IMG/VR virus record: IMGVR_UViG_3300025704_000003
Strand: one strand, 5' to 3'
DNA length: 64,000 bases
Origin: a virus
Made by a program: the position numbers and the translations under genes. Positions 9,735 to 19,137 of the stretch are shown here, piece by piece. Under the pieces are notes generated by a model. That model ran no database searches. It saw only the letters and a list, made by a program, of their open reading frames with translations, and was not told where the DNA came from. Numbering within the stretch: position 1 is the first letter of the stretch; the number at the start of each line of letters is the position of its first letter.

Positions 9735-10150
9735 AAATACTAATAATGGGATTGCCAGGTTCTGGTAAAACACATCTAGCCAAGCGGCTACAGATCCATC
9801 TGAATTGTGCTTGGTACAATGCTGATAAAGTACGGGAAATGGCGAATGACTGGGACTTTAGTGATGCTGGTCGTAGGCGACAATCAGAGCGTATGAATAC
9901 GATTGCAACATTTGAAGGTACTAGAGGTCGTACTGTCATATGTGACTTTGTTTGTCCAACAGGTGCTACTCGTCAAGAGTTCAACGCCGATATCATAATT
10001 TGGATGAACACTATCGAAGCAGGCCGGTTTGATGATACCAACAAGATCTTCGAAGAGCCAACCGACTTTGATTATGTTATTGACGCATTTCAATCTGATG
10101 AGTGGATCCTAGATTTAGCTAACCGGATGAAGGAGACATACCATGTTTGA
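9731..10150 (+). CDS. adenylylsulfate kinase-like P-loop kinase
   Basis: MGLPGSGKT, NADKVR, WDFSDAGRRRQ, CDFVCP, FEEP. Confidence 0.75.
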   Translation: MKILIMGLPGSGKTHLAKRLQIHLNCAWYNADKVREMANDWDFSDAGRRRQSERMNTIATFEGTRGRTVICDFVCPTGATRQEFNADIIIWMNTIEAGRFDDTNKIFEEPTDFDYVIDAFQSDEWILDLANRMKETYHV

Positions 10151-10553
10151 TTGGAAAAAGCCGTCGGCGCAAATGTTAGGGCGATGGCAGCCTTGGCATA
10201 AAGGCCACACGGAATTATTTAAAAAAGCTTTGGGTCAAACCGGGCAAGTTGTTATTATGGTTCGTGATGTTGGCGGGATTGTTGGTGAAGATGCTGGCGG
10301 TGGAAGGACAGAAGCTCAAACTGATAATCCCTTTGGATTTGATTTTGTTTCTTCACAAATTGTTGAAGGATTGGCCCGTGAGGGGTTTACTATCAATAAA
10401 GAATATGTTATAATGGAGGTACCAAACATCGTAGACATTAGCTATGGTCGTGGCGTCGGATATACCTTCACGCAGCACGATCTTGGTAATGATATTCATA
10501 ATATTAGTGCTACAAAAATCCGTGCAAAAATGCGTGAAGAGGGAATGCTTTGA
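10143..10553 (+). CDS. HxGH nucleotidyltransferase (cytidylyltransferase/ATP-sulfurylase-like)
   Basis: GRWQPWHKGH, ISATKIR. Confidence 0.75.
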   Translation: MFDWKKPSAQMLGRWQPWHKGHTELFKKALGQTGQVVIMVRDVGGIVGEDAGGGRTEAQTDNPFGFDFVSSQIVEGLAREGFTINKEYVIMEVPNIVDISYGRGVGYTFTQHDLGNDIHNISATKIRAKMREEGML

Positions 10554-11914
10554 CGAACATTGAACAAACAATTTTGAGAAACCTTCTGGTGAATGATAAA
10601 TTCATGCGGAAGGTTTTACCTTTTATACATAATGAATATTTTGAAGGTGTCTATCGTCAGCTGTTTAAGGAAGTCGGCAAATACGTTTCTAAATATAATA
10701 AACTACCAACTCAGGAATCATTTAAGATTGAGTTAGATGATTCTGATAGCTTTAACGATGAACAATATCGGCATGCTGTTGAGATCCTACCAGAGATCTT
10801 TAAAGTCGAAGATATTGATTATGAATGGCTAATCGATAAAACCGAGAAGTGGTGTCAAGATAGAGCATTGCACAATGCAGTAATGGAATCTATCAGTATT
10901 ATTGACGGTAAACACCAAACGCTTTCAAAGAATGCGCTACCAGAGATCCTCTCTGATGCTCTGGCAGTTAACTTTGACGCGAATATCGGTCATGACTATA
11001 TTGAAAACTTCAATGATCGTTATGAGTTTTACCATAAAGAAGAAGAACGTATTGCCTTTGATCTCGACTACTTTAATAAGATTACTAAGGGCGGCTTGCC
11101 AAACAAGACATTGAATATTGCTTTGGCTGGCACCGGTGTCGGTAAGTCTTTGTTTATGTGCCACATGGGCGCTGCAGCATTGACTGACCAAAAAAATGTT
11201 TTGTATATTACTATGGAAATGGCAGAAGAACGTATCGCTGAACGCATTGATGCTAATCTTCTTAATATCCCTATTGATCAGCTAGACAAACTTTCGAAAG
11301 ATATGTTTTCACAAAAGGTATCTCAACTAGCAAAACAAACAACTGGCCGATTGATCGTAAAAGAATATCCAACGGGTTCAGCACACTCTGGGCACTTTAG
11401 GGCATTACTAAATGAGTTAAAACTTAAAAAGAAATTTGAACCAGATATTATCTTTATTGATTATTTAAATATCTGTTCGTCTTCACGTATGAAAGGTATG
11501 GGCGGTGCTATCAACTCTTACACTTATGTCAAAGCGATTGCAGAAGAACTTAGAGGCCTTGCAGTTGAATTTGACGTTCCGGTCGTATCTGCAACTCAGA
11601 CGACGCGTAGTGGTTACTCTAACTCAGATGTTGGGCTTGAAGATACGTCCGAGTCTTTTGGATTACCCGCAACGGCCGACCTTATGTTCGCACTTGTTTC
11701 AACCGAAGAACTTGAACAACAAGGACAACTGATGGTTAAGCAATTGAAGAATCGCTATAATGATCCAACATATAAGAAAAGGTTTATTCTAGGAATAGAT
11801 AGATCTAAGATGCGTCTATTTGACGTAGACGAAAATAACCAATCTCTAATGGATGATACTCCAGTATTTGATAAATCAGAAGCAAATAAAAGATTTGAGG
11901 ACTTTAAACTATGA
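10550..11914 (+). CDS. 41: replicative DNA helicase gp41
   Basis: AGTGVGKS, TMEMAEE, IDYLNI, SATQTTRSG, KQLKNRY. Confidence 0.96.
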   Translation: MTNIEQTILRNLLVNDKFMRKVLPFIHNEYFEGVYRQLFKEVGKYVSKYNKLPTQESFKIELDDSDSFNDEQYRHAVEILPEIFKVEDIDYEWLIDKTEKWCQDRALHNAVMESISIIDGKHQTLSKNALPEILSDALAVNFDANIGHDYIENFNDRYEFYHKEEERIAFDLDYFNKITKGGLPNKTLNIALAGTGVGKSLFMCHMGAAALTDQKNVLYITMEMAEERIAERIDANLLNIPIDQLDKLSKDMFSQKVSQLAKQTTGRLIVKEYPTGSAHSGHFRALLNELKLKKKFEPDIIFIDYLNICSSSRMKGMGGAINSYTYVKAIAEELRGLAVEFDVPVVSATQTTRSGYSNSDVGLEDTSESFGLPATADLMFALVSTEELEQQGQLMVKQLKNRYNDPTYKKRFILGIDRSKMRLFDVDENNQSLMDDTPVFDKSEANKRFEDFKL

Positions 11915-12591
11915 CCATGGAAGCTCGCCTAATTTCACACAGTCAGCCATCTTACCGTATTCATGGCGGAGAATTGGCAATAGGAGGTTTAGATAACATT
12001 GCGGATCTCATCGCGTTTGCCGCCCGTGTCTCCAATCCGTCGAATCAGCGGAACACAAAGACAACACAAAAACTCTTGGAGTACCTCGTCAAGCACAAGC
12101 ACTGGTCACCATTCGAAATGGCGTCAGCGTGCATCGAAGTCACCACGACAAGAGACATCGCCAGACAGTTACTCCGGCATCGTTCGTTTTCTTTTCAGGA
12201 GTTTAGTCAGCGCTATGCTGATGTACGTGATCTTGGTAATAATTTTGTAATCCGAGAGGCACGCCTACAAGATACTAAGAATCGTCAGAATAGTGTTGAG
12301 ACTGATGATGTACATCTTCAAAGAGCGTGGCATGCCCATCAGCAAAAAGTAATCGAAGCGGCGAAGCATGCTTATGACTGGGCTATTGAAGCAGGCATTG
12401 CCAAAGAGCAAGCCAGAGCTGTTCTGCCGGAAGGCAATACCGTTTCTAGATTGTATGTGAATGGTACTATTAGATCATGGATTCATTATATCGAACTTCG
12501 ATCTGCAAATGGAACACAGAAAGAACATATGGATTTGGCTATCGAAGTAGGTAAAGCTATTGAAAAAATATTTCCAATAAAGCTAAATTAA
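11911..12591 (+). CDS. thyX: flavin-dependent thymidylate synthase
   Basis: HWSPFE, RHRSFSFQEFSQRY, AKEQARAVLP, TQKEH. Confidence 0.95.
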   Translation: MTMEARLISHSQPSYRIHGGELAIGGLDNIADLIAFAARVSNPSNQRNTKTTQKLLEYLVKHKHWSPFEMASACIEVTTTRDIARQLLRHRSFSFQEFSQRYADVRDLGNNFVIREARLQDTKNRQNSVETDDVHLQRAWHAHQQKVIEAAKHAYDWAIEAGIAKEQARAVLPEGNTVSRLYVNGTIRSWIHYIELRSANGTQKEHMDLAIEVGKAIEKIFPIKLN

Positions 12592-12623
12592 CTGTGTACA
12601 TTGCTTTTAAAACATGTTAAGGT
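12587..12623 (+). promoter_or_regulatory. early promoter (TGTACA-N17-TAAGGT)
   Basis: Member of the repeated AATTAACTGTGTACA promoter family. Confidence 0.7.
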
Positions 12624-12654
12624 ATACTCATATATAAAAAAATGAGGCAGTACC

Positions 12655-13143
12655 ATGAAAAAGTTAATCGCATCAGTAATGATTAACACTATAGTTGCAA
12701 CAAGCGTTATGGCTATCGGAGTAGACGCGGCAGAAAAGGTAGAACAAGAAAAACAATTAGAATGCTTAGCGCTTAACGTTTATTATGAGACACATTCTCG
12801 TAGCTTAGCGGATGCAATGGCAGTCACTGATGTTGTTTTAAATCGTGTAGAAAGCACACGTTATCCAAACACACCATGCGATGTAGTTCATCAAGGATAT
12901 AAAAAAGGCAACCGTTATTGCCAATTTAGCTGGTATTGTGATGGCAAATCAGATACTCCACACGATGATGAAGCATGGGAAAAATCACGTAAGTTTGCTC
13001 GGGACATGTATATCCATGGTGAATTTCGTGGAATTACTGAAGGCGCAACACACTATCACGCTACTTATGCTAAACCATTCTGGTCAAAGAAACTTAACCG
13101 TATTGCTCGTATCGGAGCACACATATTTTACTGGGAAAAATAA
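12655..13143 (+). CDS. cell wall hydrolase (SleB/Hydrolase_2)
   Basis: CLALNVYYE, VVLNRV, CQFSWYCDG, GATHYHA, IGAHIFY; signal peptide. Confidence 0.9.
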   Translation: MKKLIASVMINTIVATSVMAIGVDAAEKVEQEKQLECLALNVYYETHSRSLADAMAVTDVVLNRVESTRYPNTPCDVVHQGYKKGNRYCQFSWYCDGKSDTPHDDEAWEKSRKFARDMYIHGEFRGITEGATHYHATYAKPFWSKKLNRIARIGAHIFYWEK

Positions 13144-13500
13144 ATGAAGGATTCAATCATGACGACAGACAACTTAACTATAACTCTAGGTGATACTACA
13201 TTTGATTTCCCAGAACTCGATCTAATTGATTATAAGTTCGGTGAAGATAAATATATGCAAGAGCTAAAAGAATATATTGACTCGACGTATAAAGGTCACT
13301 ACGCTACAAATAAGTTTCAATCGACTGAAGTTATTATTGCTAGAGGTCACGGTACTGGTTTCTGTATGGGTAATGTTGACAAGTACGCAAATCGTTATGG
13401 CAAAAAAGGTACTAGAGAGGATGCGCGCAAGGATCTTCTAAAAGTCATTCATTACGCGCTATTACAATTACATGTACACGATAGTCAAGAGGAAGAATAA
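13144..13500 (+). CDS. DUF3310-like protein (gp1.7-like nucleotide kinase family)
   Basis: HY, GFCMGNVDKYANRYGKKG, DLLKVIHY. Confidence 0.7.
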   Translation: MKDSIMTTDNLTITLGDTTFDFPELDLIDYKFGEDKYMQELKEYIDSTYKGHYATNKFQSTEVIIARGHGTGFCMGNVDKYANRYGKKGTREDARKDLLKVIHYALLQLHVHDSQEEE

Positions 13501-13615
13501 ATACACAGCTTATGGCGAAGACGGACGAGTGATAATTATATCACACAGCCCACGTATAGTCAGGGATTACGCCAAATACGTCATAAATAATCTTGTAAAC
13601 GTTGAAGCAACGTAG
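13472..13615 (+). CDS. small hypothetical protein (47 aa)
   Basis: MYTIVKRKNKYTAYGEDGRVIIISHSPRIV...; fills the gap before the tmRNA. Confidence 0.4.
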   Translation: MYTIVKRKNKYTAYGEDGRVIIISHSPRIVRDYAKYVINNLVNVEAT

Positions 13616-13850
13616 ACACATACTGGACCCGGGGGCGGTACCCGGCAGCTCCACCATAAGTACATAATGTGTATTTTTGATGGGGCTGAAATAGGATCGA
13701 CAGGTGTGAAAGTGACGTGGAGTTTACCGGCTGACTGCGAAATAGGTCAATCACTACAAATGCAAACAATAATTTTGCACCATCTGATTACGCACTAGCT
13801 GCATAATTAAGAGGGCGGCCACTGCCTAGTAACAGAAGTGTGGCGTTTTA
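13594..13850 (+). ncRNA. ssrA: two-piece (circularly permuted) tmRNA; tag peptide ANNNFAPSDYALAA*
   Basis: T-arm CCGGG-GGCGGTA-CCCGG and CAGCTCC-A-CCA (13646-13656) precede the 5' end GGGGCTGAAATAGGATCGAC (13682); G3-U70 Ala pair; tag ORF 13762-13806; outer ends approximate. Confidence 0.93.
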
Positions 13851-13868
13851 ACTTCTAAGGGGACAACT

Positions 13869-14099
13869 ATGGACATTCTAAACAAAGTAAAAACATGGGC
13901 TGCTGGACTAGCAGAAGTCGGTATTAGTATCGCCGCTCTCATGATTGTACTTGAAGTATTGGGCGTGGGAACACTTCCATTCATTCCTGCTGTAAGCGTT
14001 GTGGCTAATGTAAGTGCTATGATAGCCGCATTGGGATCACAAGGCCTTGTAGGTTTACTTGCTGTTTGGGTTCTATACGAAATCTGGAATCGAAAATAA
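13869..14099 (+). CDS. small membrane protein (2 TM)
   Basis: Hydrophobic 76 aa ORF with SD. Confidence 0.75.
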   Translation: MDILNKVKTWAAGLAEVGISIAALMIVLEVLGVGTLPFIPAVSVVANVSAMIAALGSQGLVGLLAVWVLYEIWNRK

Positions 14100-14123
14100 C
14101 TTTCTTATAAGGGAAATAAACTA

Positions 14124-14492
14124 ATGAAATTTGCTGCTATTACTGCTGCTGTGTTGCTGGCCTCAGCAACAACTATTCAAGCCGCTGAGCTTGGAGCCAC
14201 TGGTATCTCACTTGGTGCTACAACAACTGCTGAATATAATGTCGATGTTGAAAACATGACCGTTGAACTTACTCCAGAAATGGGTTATGGTCTTTACGGC
14301 ATGGACTTTACACTTTCAACTGATCTCATGATTTACAACGACGAGTTTGTATTCATGGATACAAATCCAACACTTGACTTTAAAGTCGGTTATGGTATCT
14401 TCGACAACGCAGAAGTATATGTTGAAACTGATTATGATTTAGAAAACGAAACTCGCGGCGATGTCGTAATTGGCGCTAGCTTTTCTTTCTAA
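14124..14492 (+). CDS. small outer-membrane beta-barrel (porin-like) protein
   Basis: Signal peptide, alternating beta-strand pattern, C-terminal GASFSF (BAM signal Phe). Confidence 0.65.
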   Translation: MKFAAITAAVLLASATTIQAAELGATGISLGATTTAEYNVDVENMTVELTPEMGYGLYGMDFTLSTDLMIYNDEFVFMDTNPTLDFKVGYGIFDNAEVYVETDYDLENETRGDVVIGASFSF

Positions 14493-14508
14493 TATATAGA
14501 AGAAGTAT

Positions 14509-14555
14509 CATCCACTATCGGATGCGCGTGGGGCCGAGGTTAGCCCCACACTTTA
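14509..14555 (+). terminator. tandem hairpins/terminator
   Basis: CATCC/GGATG and GTGGGGC/GCCCCAC stems followed by a T-rich tract. Confidence 0.5.
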
Positions 14556-14581
14556 TAATTTTTTGTAAATAAGGACTGATA

Positions 14582-15352
14582 ATGAAAAATGTTATTCTAG
14601 CCGCAGCCTTTTCCTTGGCTGCTCCTCTCGCAAATGCTACTACAATTGTTAATACCGGATCTGATTCGGGCGGGTTTAAAGCAGTACTAGATATGGTTGG
14701 TACTAAAATCGATCATAATTTTGTACAAGCTGGAAATCCAGTGGTAGCGTCTACCTACTTTGATGGTGGCGATGTGCTCACAATGTGGAGTACAGAATGG
14801 CCAGGTGATTCAGAAATGCCAACAGTGGCAATTGATGATTCAACCATCGTAGCTCTTCAAACATATGAAACAGTAATGTGCAGTCGTACATTCAACTCGG
14901 TTGATGATATGGCAGGTCAGACCGTAAAGGTCGCAACTTGGGGTGGCGTTGATGCTGTAACTAAATTTATTAATGAGTTAGGTGAAGCAAATAATGTAAA
15001 TTTTGAGATTGTTCCATATGAAGGTTCAGGCGGAACAACTCGTGGTTATCTTGCTAATGATGCAGATACTATTTTTACTATTCAAACACGACAAGAAAAA
15101 ATTGAAGCAGACGGAAATTGTTTTGCCTTTAGCGCAAATGGTGATCTAGACTTTGCATTTGTTGATATTATTCTTGCCGTTAATGCATCAGAGGCCGTTG
15201 TATGGCAAGCGCGCGCAGCCGTAGCCGAACTAATGTCAACTGATGAATGGTTGGCAGCATTTGAAGGAACTGAGACTTATGTCGTAAATGATGCAAATGC
15301 AAATATGATTGTTGATAAAGTTAAAGCTGCTGTAGCTCTCAATACTCAATAA
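14582..15352 (+). CDS. periplasmic solute-binding protein (TctC/Bug-like)
   Basis: Signal peptide; GSDSGG, IVPYEGSGG and ADTIF resemble the Bug VPYxGxG motif. Confidence 0.6.
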   Translation: MKNVILAAAFSLAAPLANATTIVNTGSDSGGFKAVLDMVGTKIDHNFVQAGNPVVASTYFDGGDVLTMWSTEWPGDSEMPTVAIDDSTIVALQTYETVMCSRTFNSVDDMAGQTVKVATWGGVDAVTKFINELGEANNVNFEIVPYEGSGGTTRGYLANDADTIFTIQTRQEKIEADGNCFAFSANGDLDFAFVDIILAVNASEAVVWQARAAVAELMSTDEWLAAFEGTETYVVNDANANMIVDKVKAAVALNTQ

Positions 15353-16500
15353 TATTCTATACAAGCTTGTAATTGATTATGGGAAGACCGATATGTTTCG
15401 TACATATCGGTTTTTTCTTTTCCAGATACGAATAATGAAAAATGAAAATCCTGACTTGATAAACAGTATTCTTCCGGTATTACAACACCATCATGCAAAT
15501 GAAAATTTGAAGCAACGCCCGCTCCTTCTACAGATTTATAATCGCCAACACTTTTTATGGTTCCGGCCTTTAACTTAGTTTCTTTCCACAAATGTCTTTT
15601 AAATTCTGGTAAAGGCATTTCTGCAAAGACATTAGGTAAAAATTCATTGTCACATAAATCGTCGTACATAACCATTCCTTGGCCGATACGTGGATTTAAA
15701 TCAATGAATTTAATCGTGTCATCAAAATAATAAAAGTCAGCAACCATTGATAGATTTTTTATTTTAAGTCCGTCTACTAATTTTTGATAGAAATAAGTCA
15801 CGGTATGTTTTATTTTTCCTGGAACTTCATTTGTGGGTATTCCTTCAAATGAGTAATTTCTTGGTTGCCAATGTGTCTCAGTCCTATTATTCACCATTAT
15901 GATGCCTTTACACCAATAGAGAGGCGTGACTCTTCCAGAAGAATTGACATAAGCATAAAGCGCGTATATCTCTGAGTTGTCTGGTAAATGTTCTTGAACC
16001 ATCAATTGATTTTGCGTGTTGTTAAAGTCTTTATCAATCCATGTATTAAAACTTACATGCTTTAACAATTCATCTTTATTTTTAAATGCAGTGTATGGAA
16101 AGTTATGATGCTGATCTTTTGTGCCAGATCCAACAACAGGTTTTACAAAAACAGGTTTATCTCCAAATGCGTTTAGATCTTCAGCATTTTCAGGCAATAC
16201 ACTTTTAGGTGTAATAGTAAACCCTAAAGATCTGGCGTATTCATCCATTTTAAATTTATTAGTAAGTATTTCAACTGACTCTTTTGTTAGGTTATTAATT
16301 CCTAATTGCTGTTCTAATTTGTATTGTAATGGCAGTAAGCTTTCTGACATTGTAAATATTCGATCATAGTTGCCTTCGATCTTTTCAAAATCATCTTCAT
16401 CAGTTATAATAGTTGACTTCTGCTGAAATTTAGCTAACGCTGTTTGAATAGCCTGGCACCGATAATACCCTCGTTTGTATCCTAATATTAAATTATTCAT
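15346..16500 (-). CDS. ATP-grasp domain protein
   Basis: LTNKFKM, VFVKPVVGSGT, MVQEHL, FIDLNPRIGQG. Confidence 0.8.
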   Translation of the reverse strand: MNNLILGYKRGYYRCQAIQTALAKFQQKSTIITDEDDFEKIEGNYDRIFTMSESLLPLQYKLEQQLGINNLTKESVEILTNKFKMDEYARSLGFTITPKSVLPENAEDLNAFGDKPVFVKPVVGSGTKDQHHNFPYTAFKNKDELLKHVSFNTWIDKDFNNTQNQLMVQEHLPDNSEIYALYAYVNSSGRVTPLYWCKGIIMVNNRTETHWQPRNYSFEGIPTNEVPGKIKHTVTYFYQKLVDGLKIKNLSMVADFYYFDDTIKFIDLNPRIGQGMVMYDDLCDNEFLPNVFAEMPLPEFKRHLWKETKLKAGTIKSVGDYKSVEGAGVASNFHLHDGVVIPEEYCLSSQDFHFSLFVSGKEKTDMYETYRSSHNQLQACIEYY

Positions 16501-17756
16501 GTGTATATCGCTATGACTCGTAATAGGTTGTTATAGAATAAATCAGTTAAAAAGAATCCATACAGAATTGGGAACGTTTCCCACTTTCTTATAAGAAATC
16601 CAATTCCAGTTGTGACTATCAGACATGTTATTATCCAAAATTTTATTGGGTATATGTATATGCTCATAACAGAGATGAATACAAAAATGCCAATAATAAA
16701 ATAGTGCTTATATCTTTTATATAGATCCGCAATATATCCTAGTTGATTAAAATACAACCATGATAAAACTAAGCATGCTACTAATACGATTGGAATATAA
16801 TACAATACGTCTTGTAGCATGTAAATGTTTTCTAAATCAAAAGTAAATCCACGAGTAACTACAAGATAATATATTAGTACTTCACTTCCAACAATCGGTA
16901 TTCCTAAAATAATAAGCGGAAGAAGAGAACTTAATGCTCCACTATTATTAGCAGCTTCTGCTGCAGCTATTTTATCTATGTCCTTCTTCATAAAATTAGC
17001 GCTTAGATAGCTGCCTAAAACATTTGTAATTCCAGGAACTAAGCCACACCAAAATCCTACAAAACTACCGGTGGCCGTAGCCTTCCAAGTGCTTAGATCA
17101 TACGCAAACTTTGTAATTTTATTTTTACCAGTAAAATCTTTCTCAGCAAACTTAAGTAACTCAGGGACAATATAGAGACCAATCATAATTGTGCTAAAAG
17201 GTATGCCAAGGGTTAGATATGTAAATCCAAATGTTCCCCATGTTTCTTTTGTCAGATTATCATATCCGATCTTGGCTAATATTCCACCAAGAATAAAAAG
17301 AACTATGGTTTTCCAATAAGCCTGCTTTGTCATTATTGTTAGGAATATAATAGCAATGCTGATAACAATTAATTGAATCGTAGAATTGTAAAATTTAAAT
17401 AACTGAAATATAAATGGAAGTGATATTAGAAATACCACGATTGCAAAAATAGATCCTATCGTACTCGATATTGCGTTACTACTTACCGCATAATGTCCTT
17501 TGCCTTCTAGAAACATTTTATGGCCGTATCTTGCAGTAGTTACAGCTCCTGCATCTCCTGGTATTCCATAAAGAATAGCAGTTACGCTGTTTGTATAGTT
17601 TGATGTAATAAGCAAAGCCACATAAAATATCATAATCCCAATTGGATCAAATGTGGCAAGTATGGGATAAAGTGTGGCAATTGCTAGGAAAGGACCAGCG
17701 CCTGGAATAATGCCAAAGACTGTTCCGGCAAGAATGCCGAATAGCGCATAAATCAA
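16497..17756 (-). CDS. tctA: tripartite tricarboxylate transporter permease TctA-like
   Basis: GIIPGAG, TAILYGIPGD, GLVPG, AAAEAANNSG, LPLIILGIP; many TM helices. Confidence 0.85.
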   Translation of the reverse strand: MIYALFGILAGTVFGIIPGAGPFLAIATLYPILATFDPIGIMIFYVALLITSNYTNSVTAILYGIPGDAGAVTTARYGHKMFLEGKGHYAVSSNAISSTIGSIFAIVVFLISLPFIFQLFKFYNSTIQLIVISIAIIFLTIMTKQAYWKTIVLFILGGILAKIGYDNLTKETWGTFGFTYLTLGIPFSTIMIGLYIVPELLKFAEKDFTGKNKITKFAYDLSTWKATATGSFVGFWCGLVPGITNVLGSYLSANFMKKDIDKIAAAEAANNSGALSSLLPLIILGIPIVGSEVLIYYLVVTRGFTFDLENIYMLQDVLYYIPIVLVACLVLSWLYFNQLGYIADLYKRYKHYFIIGIFVFISVMSIYIYPIKFWIITCLIVTTGIGFLIRKWETFPILYGFFLTDLFYNNLLRVIAIYT

Positions 17757-18409
17757 CTAACTAGTCCAGCGTCCTGCATATATAGAAAAAGATCCTTGTC
17801 AAACGCTAAACAAATCACTAAGATGATTACTCCATCTCGTGTTGAATGAACGCTGTGGCGCTTGTTAGCATTAAAATACCACATTGAACCAGGATTGCAC
17901 TTTACAATTTTATCGTCGTAAATCCATTTAAAATTATATTCATCACAATCGATAAACGCAGTTAGTCTTACTTCATCATATGATAAGTCTGATTTGTTTA
18001 TATCGTGATGATCTGGAAAAAAGCTACCACGGTCCATTCTAAGAAAGTGACAACGCGTTATCCACTGTTTCCATGGTTCGAGCACCTGCGAAAGATGTTC
18101 ACTTTCCGTCCACACACGGGTGGGAGTTGTAATGTCGTGGTTTGCTAATACTTCACCTGTTTGAAGTTCCCAGTCTTTTAAACTTGTGAGATCTGGAATG
18201 CCACTAAGTCCACCATCTAAACTAGTAACACTTAAGCCCCAGCGGTTGTTTGGTTTCTTAGGATTATATCGTACCCAATCATTTTCAAACGGCTTAAGCT
18301 CTTCTTTAATTCTGTTTGCGCTAAATCCGTGAAACTCCTGCCAGTCAGACATGCTCTGGAGTCTGTTCCAATAAATTACTTCTTCTAATCGTTCTTCGCT
18401 AATTGTCAT
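17753..18409 (-). CDS. 2OG-Fe(II) oxygenase (Asp/Asn beta-hydroxylase-like)
   Basis: FFPDHHD (HxD), GSMWYFNANKRHSV. Confidence 0.7.
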   Translation of the reverse strand: MTISEERLEEVIYWNRLQSMSDWQEFHGFSANRIKEELKPFENDWVRYNPKKPNNRWGLSVTSLDGGLSGIPDLTSLKDWELQTGEVLANHDITTPTRVWTESEHLSQVLEPWKQWITRCHFLRMDRGSFFPDHHDINKSDLSYDEVRLTAFIDCDEYNFKWIYDDKIVKCNPGSMWYFNANKRHSVHSTRDGVIILVICLAFDKDLFLYMQDAGLVS

Positions 18410-18622
18410 ACTTCACCAAATAATTGTTATCATCTTTTAATTTAACTCTAGTTCTATTTATCGCACAGTTAGGAGAGCCATTTATGGTTTTAGTATGTAT
18501 CTTCTTACAGAATATTTGACACATATTAGGAGCTTTTTCTATACCACTAATTAAATTCTCGCATAAAATTATAAACCTTTGCTTTTAAACAAAACTATTT
18601 TTTAAAAAACCGCATTTTTTTA

Positions 18623-18651
18623 TGTACATTACCTTTTAGATAGTGTATAGT
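18623..18651 (+). promoter_or_regulatory. early promoter (TGTACA-N17-TATAGT)
   Basis: Repeated promoter family with an A/T tract upstream. Confidence 0.75.
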
Positions 18652-18676
18652 GTATATATCAAATGAGGAGATAACC

Positions 18677-18892
18677 ATGTTATTATCAAACGGTGCAATG
18701 ATCAAGAATGACGTAATCGAAGCTTTTAACAAAGCTACTACGAATCCTGAGAATATTAATTCATCGGGTGGTATTAACTGGAACTTTGTTGACGCTGACC
18801 TAAACTTAGAACTTTCATTGTGGTACACTTCAGAATATCTGTATGAGTGCTTTGAAGTTCTAGTTGATAACTTTTTTGGAGAAACAGTATAA
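18677..18892 (+). CDS. hypothetical early protein
   Basis: GAGGAG SD, downstream of an early promoter. Confidence 0.75.
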   Translation: MLLSNGAMIKNDVIEAFNKATTNPENINSSGGINWNFVDADLNLELSLWYTSEYLYECFEVLVDNFFGETV

Positions 18893-19137
18893 TGACAAAT
18901 TTTGAAACGCAAAACACCGAATGGAACATGGTTGAGTCTGAGGCTGAACGTATTTATGCCGAGACTGCTCAAGGCGAGCAGTCAATCGCTGTTCAATCAG
19001 ATATGAAACAGTGGGCTTTGAAGGAAGGTCATTGGCCTCAAATGGATTATATTCATATGGTCGCCGCTCATGCTGACGCTCGTGGTTGGACTCAAGAAGG
19101 TTTTACAGGAATGGAAGTTTATGATGGAAGTTTATGA
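18892..19137 (+). CDS. hypothetical protein
   Basis: TAATG coupling, GGAG SD. Confidence 0.75.
   Translation: MTNFETQNTEWNMVESEAERIYAETAQGEQSIAVQSDMKQWALKEGHWPQMDYIHMVAAHADARGWTQEGFTGMEVYDGSL

Noticed and set aside
13581-13769. 62-aa minus-strand ORF
   Set aside because: It is antisense to the tmRNA and is a shadow ORF.
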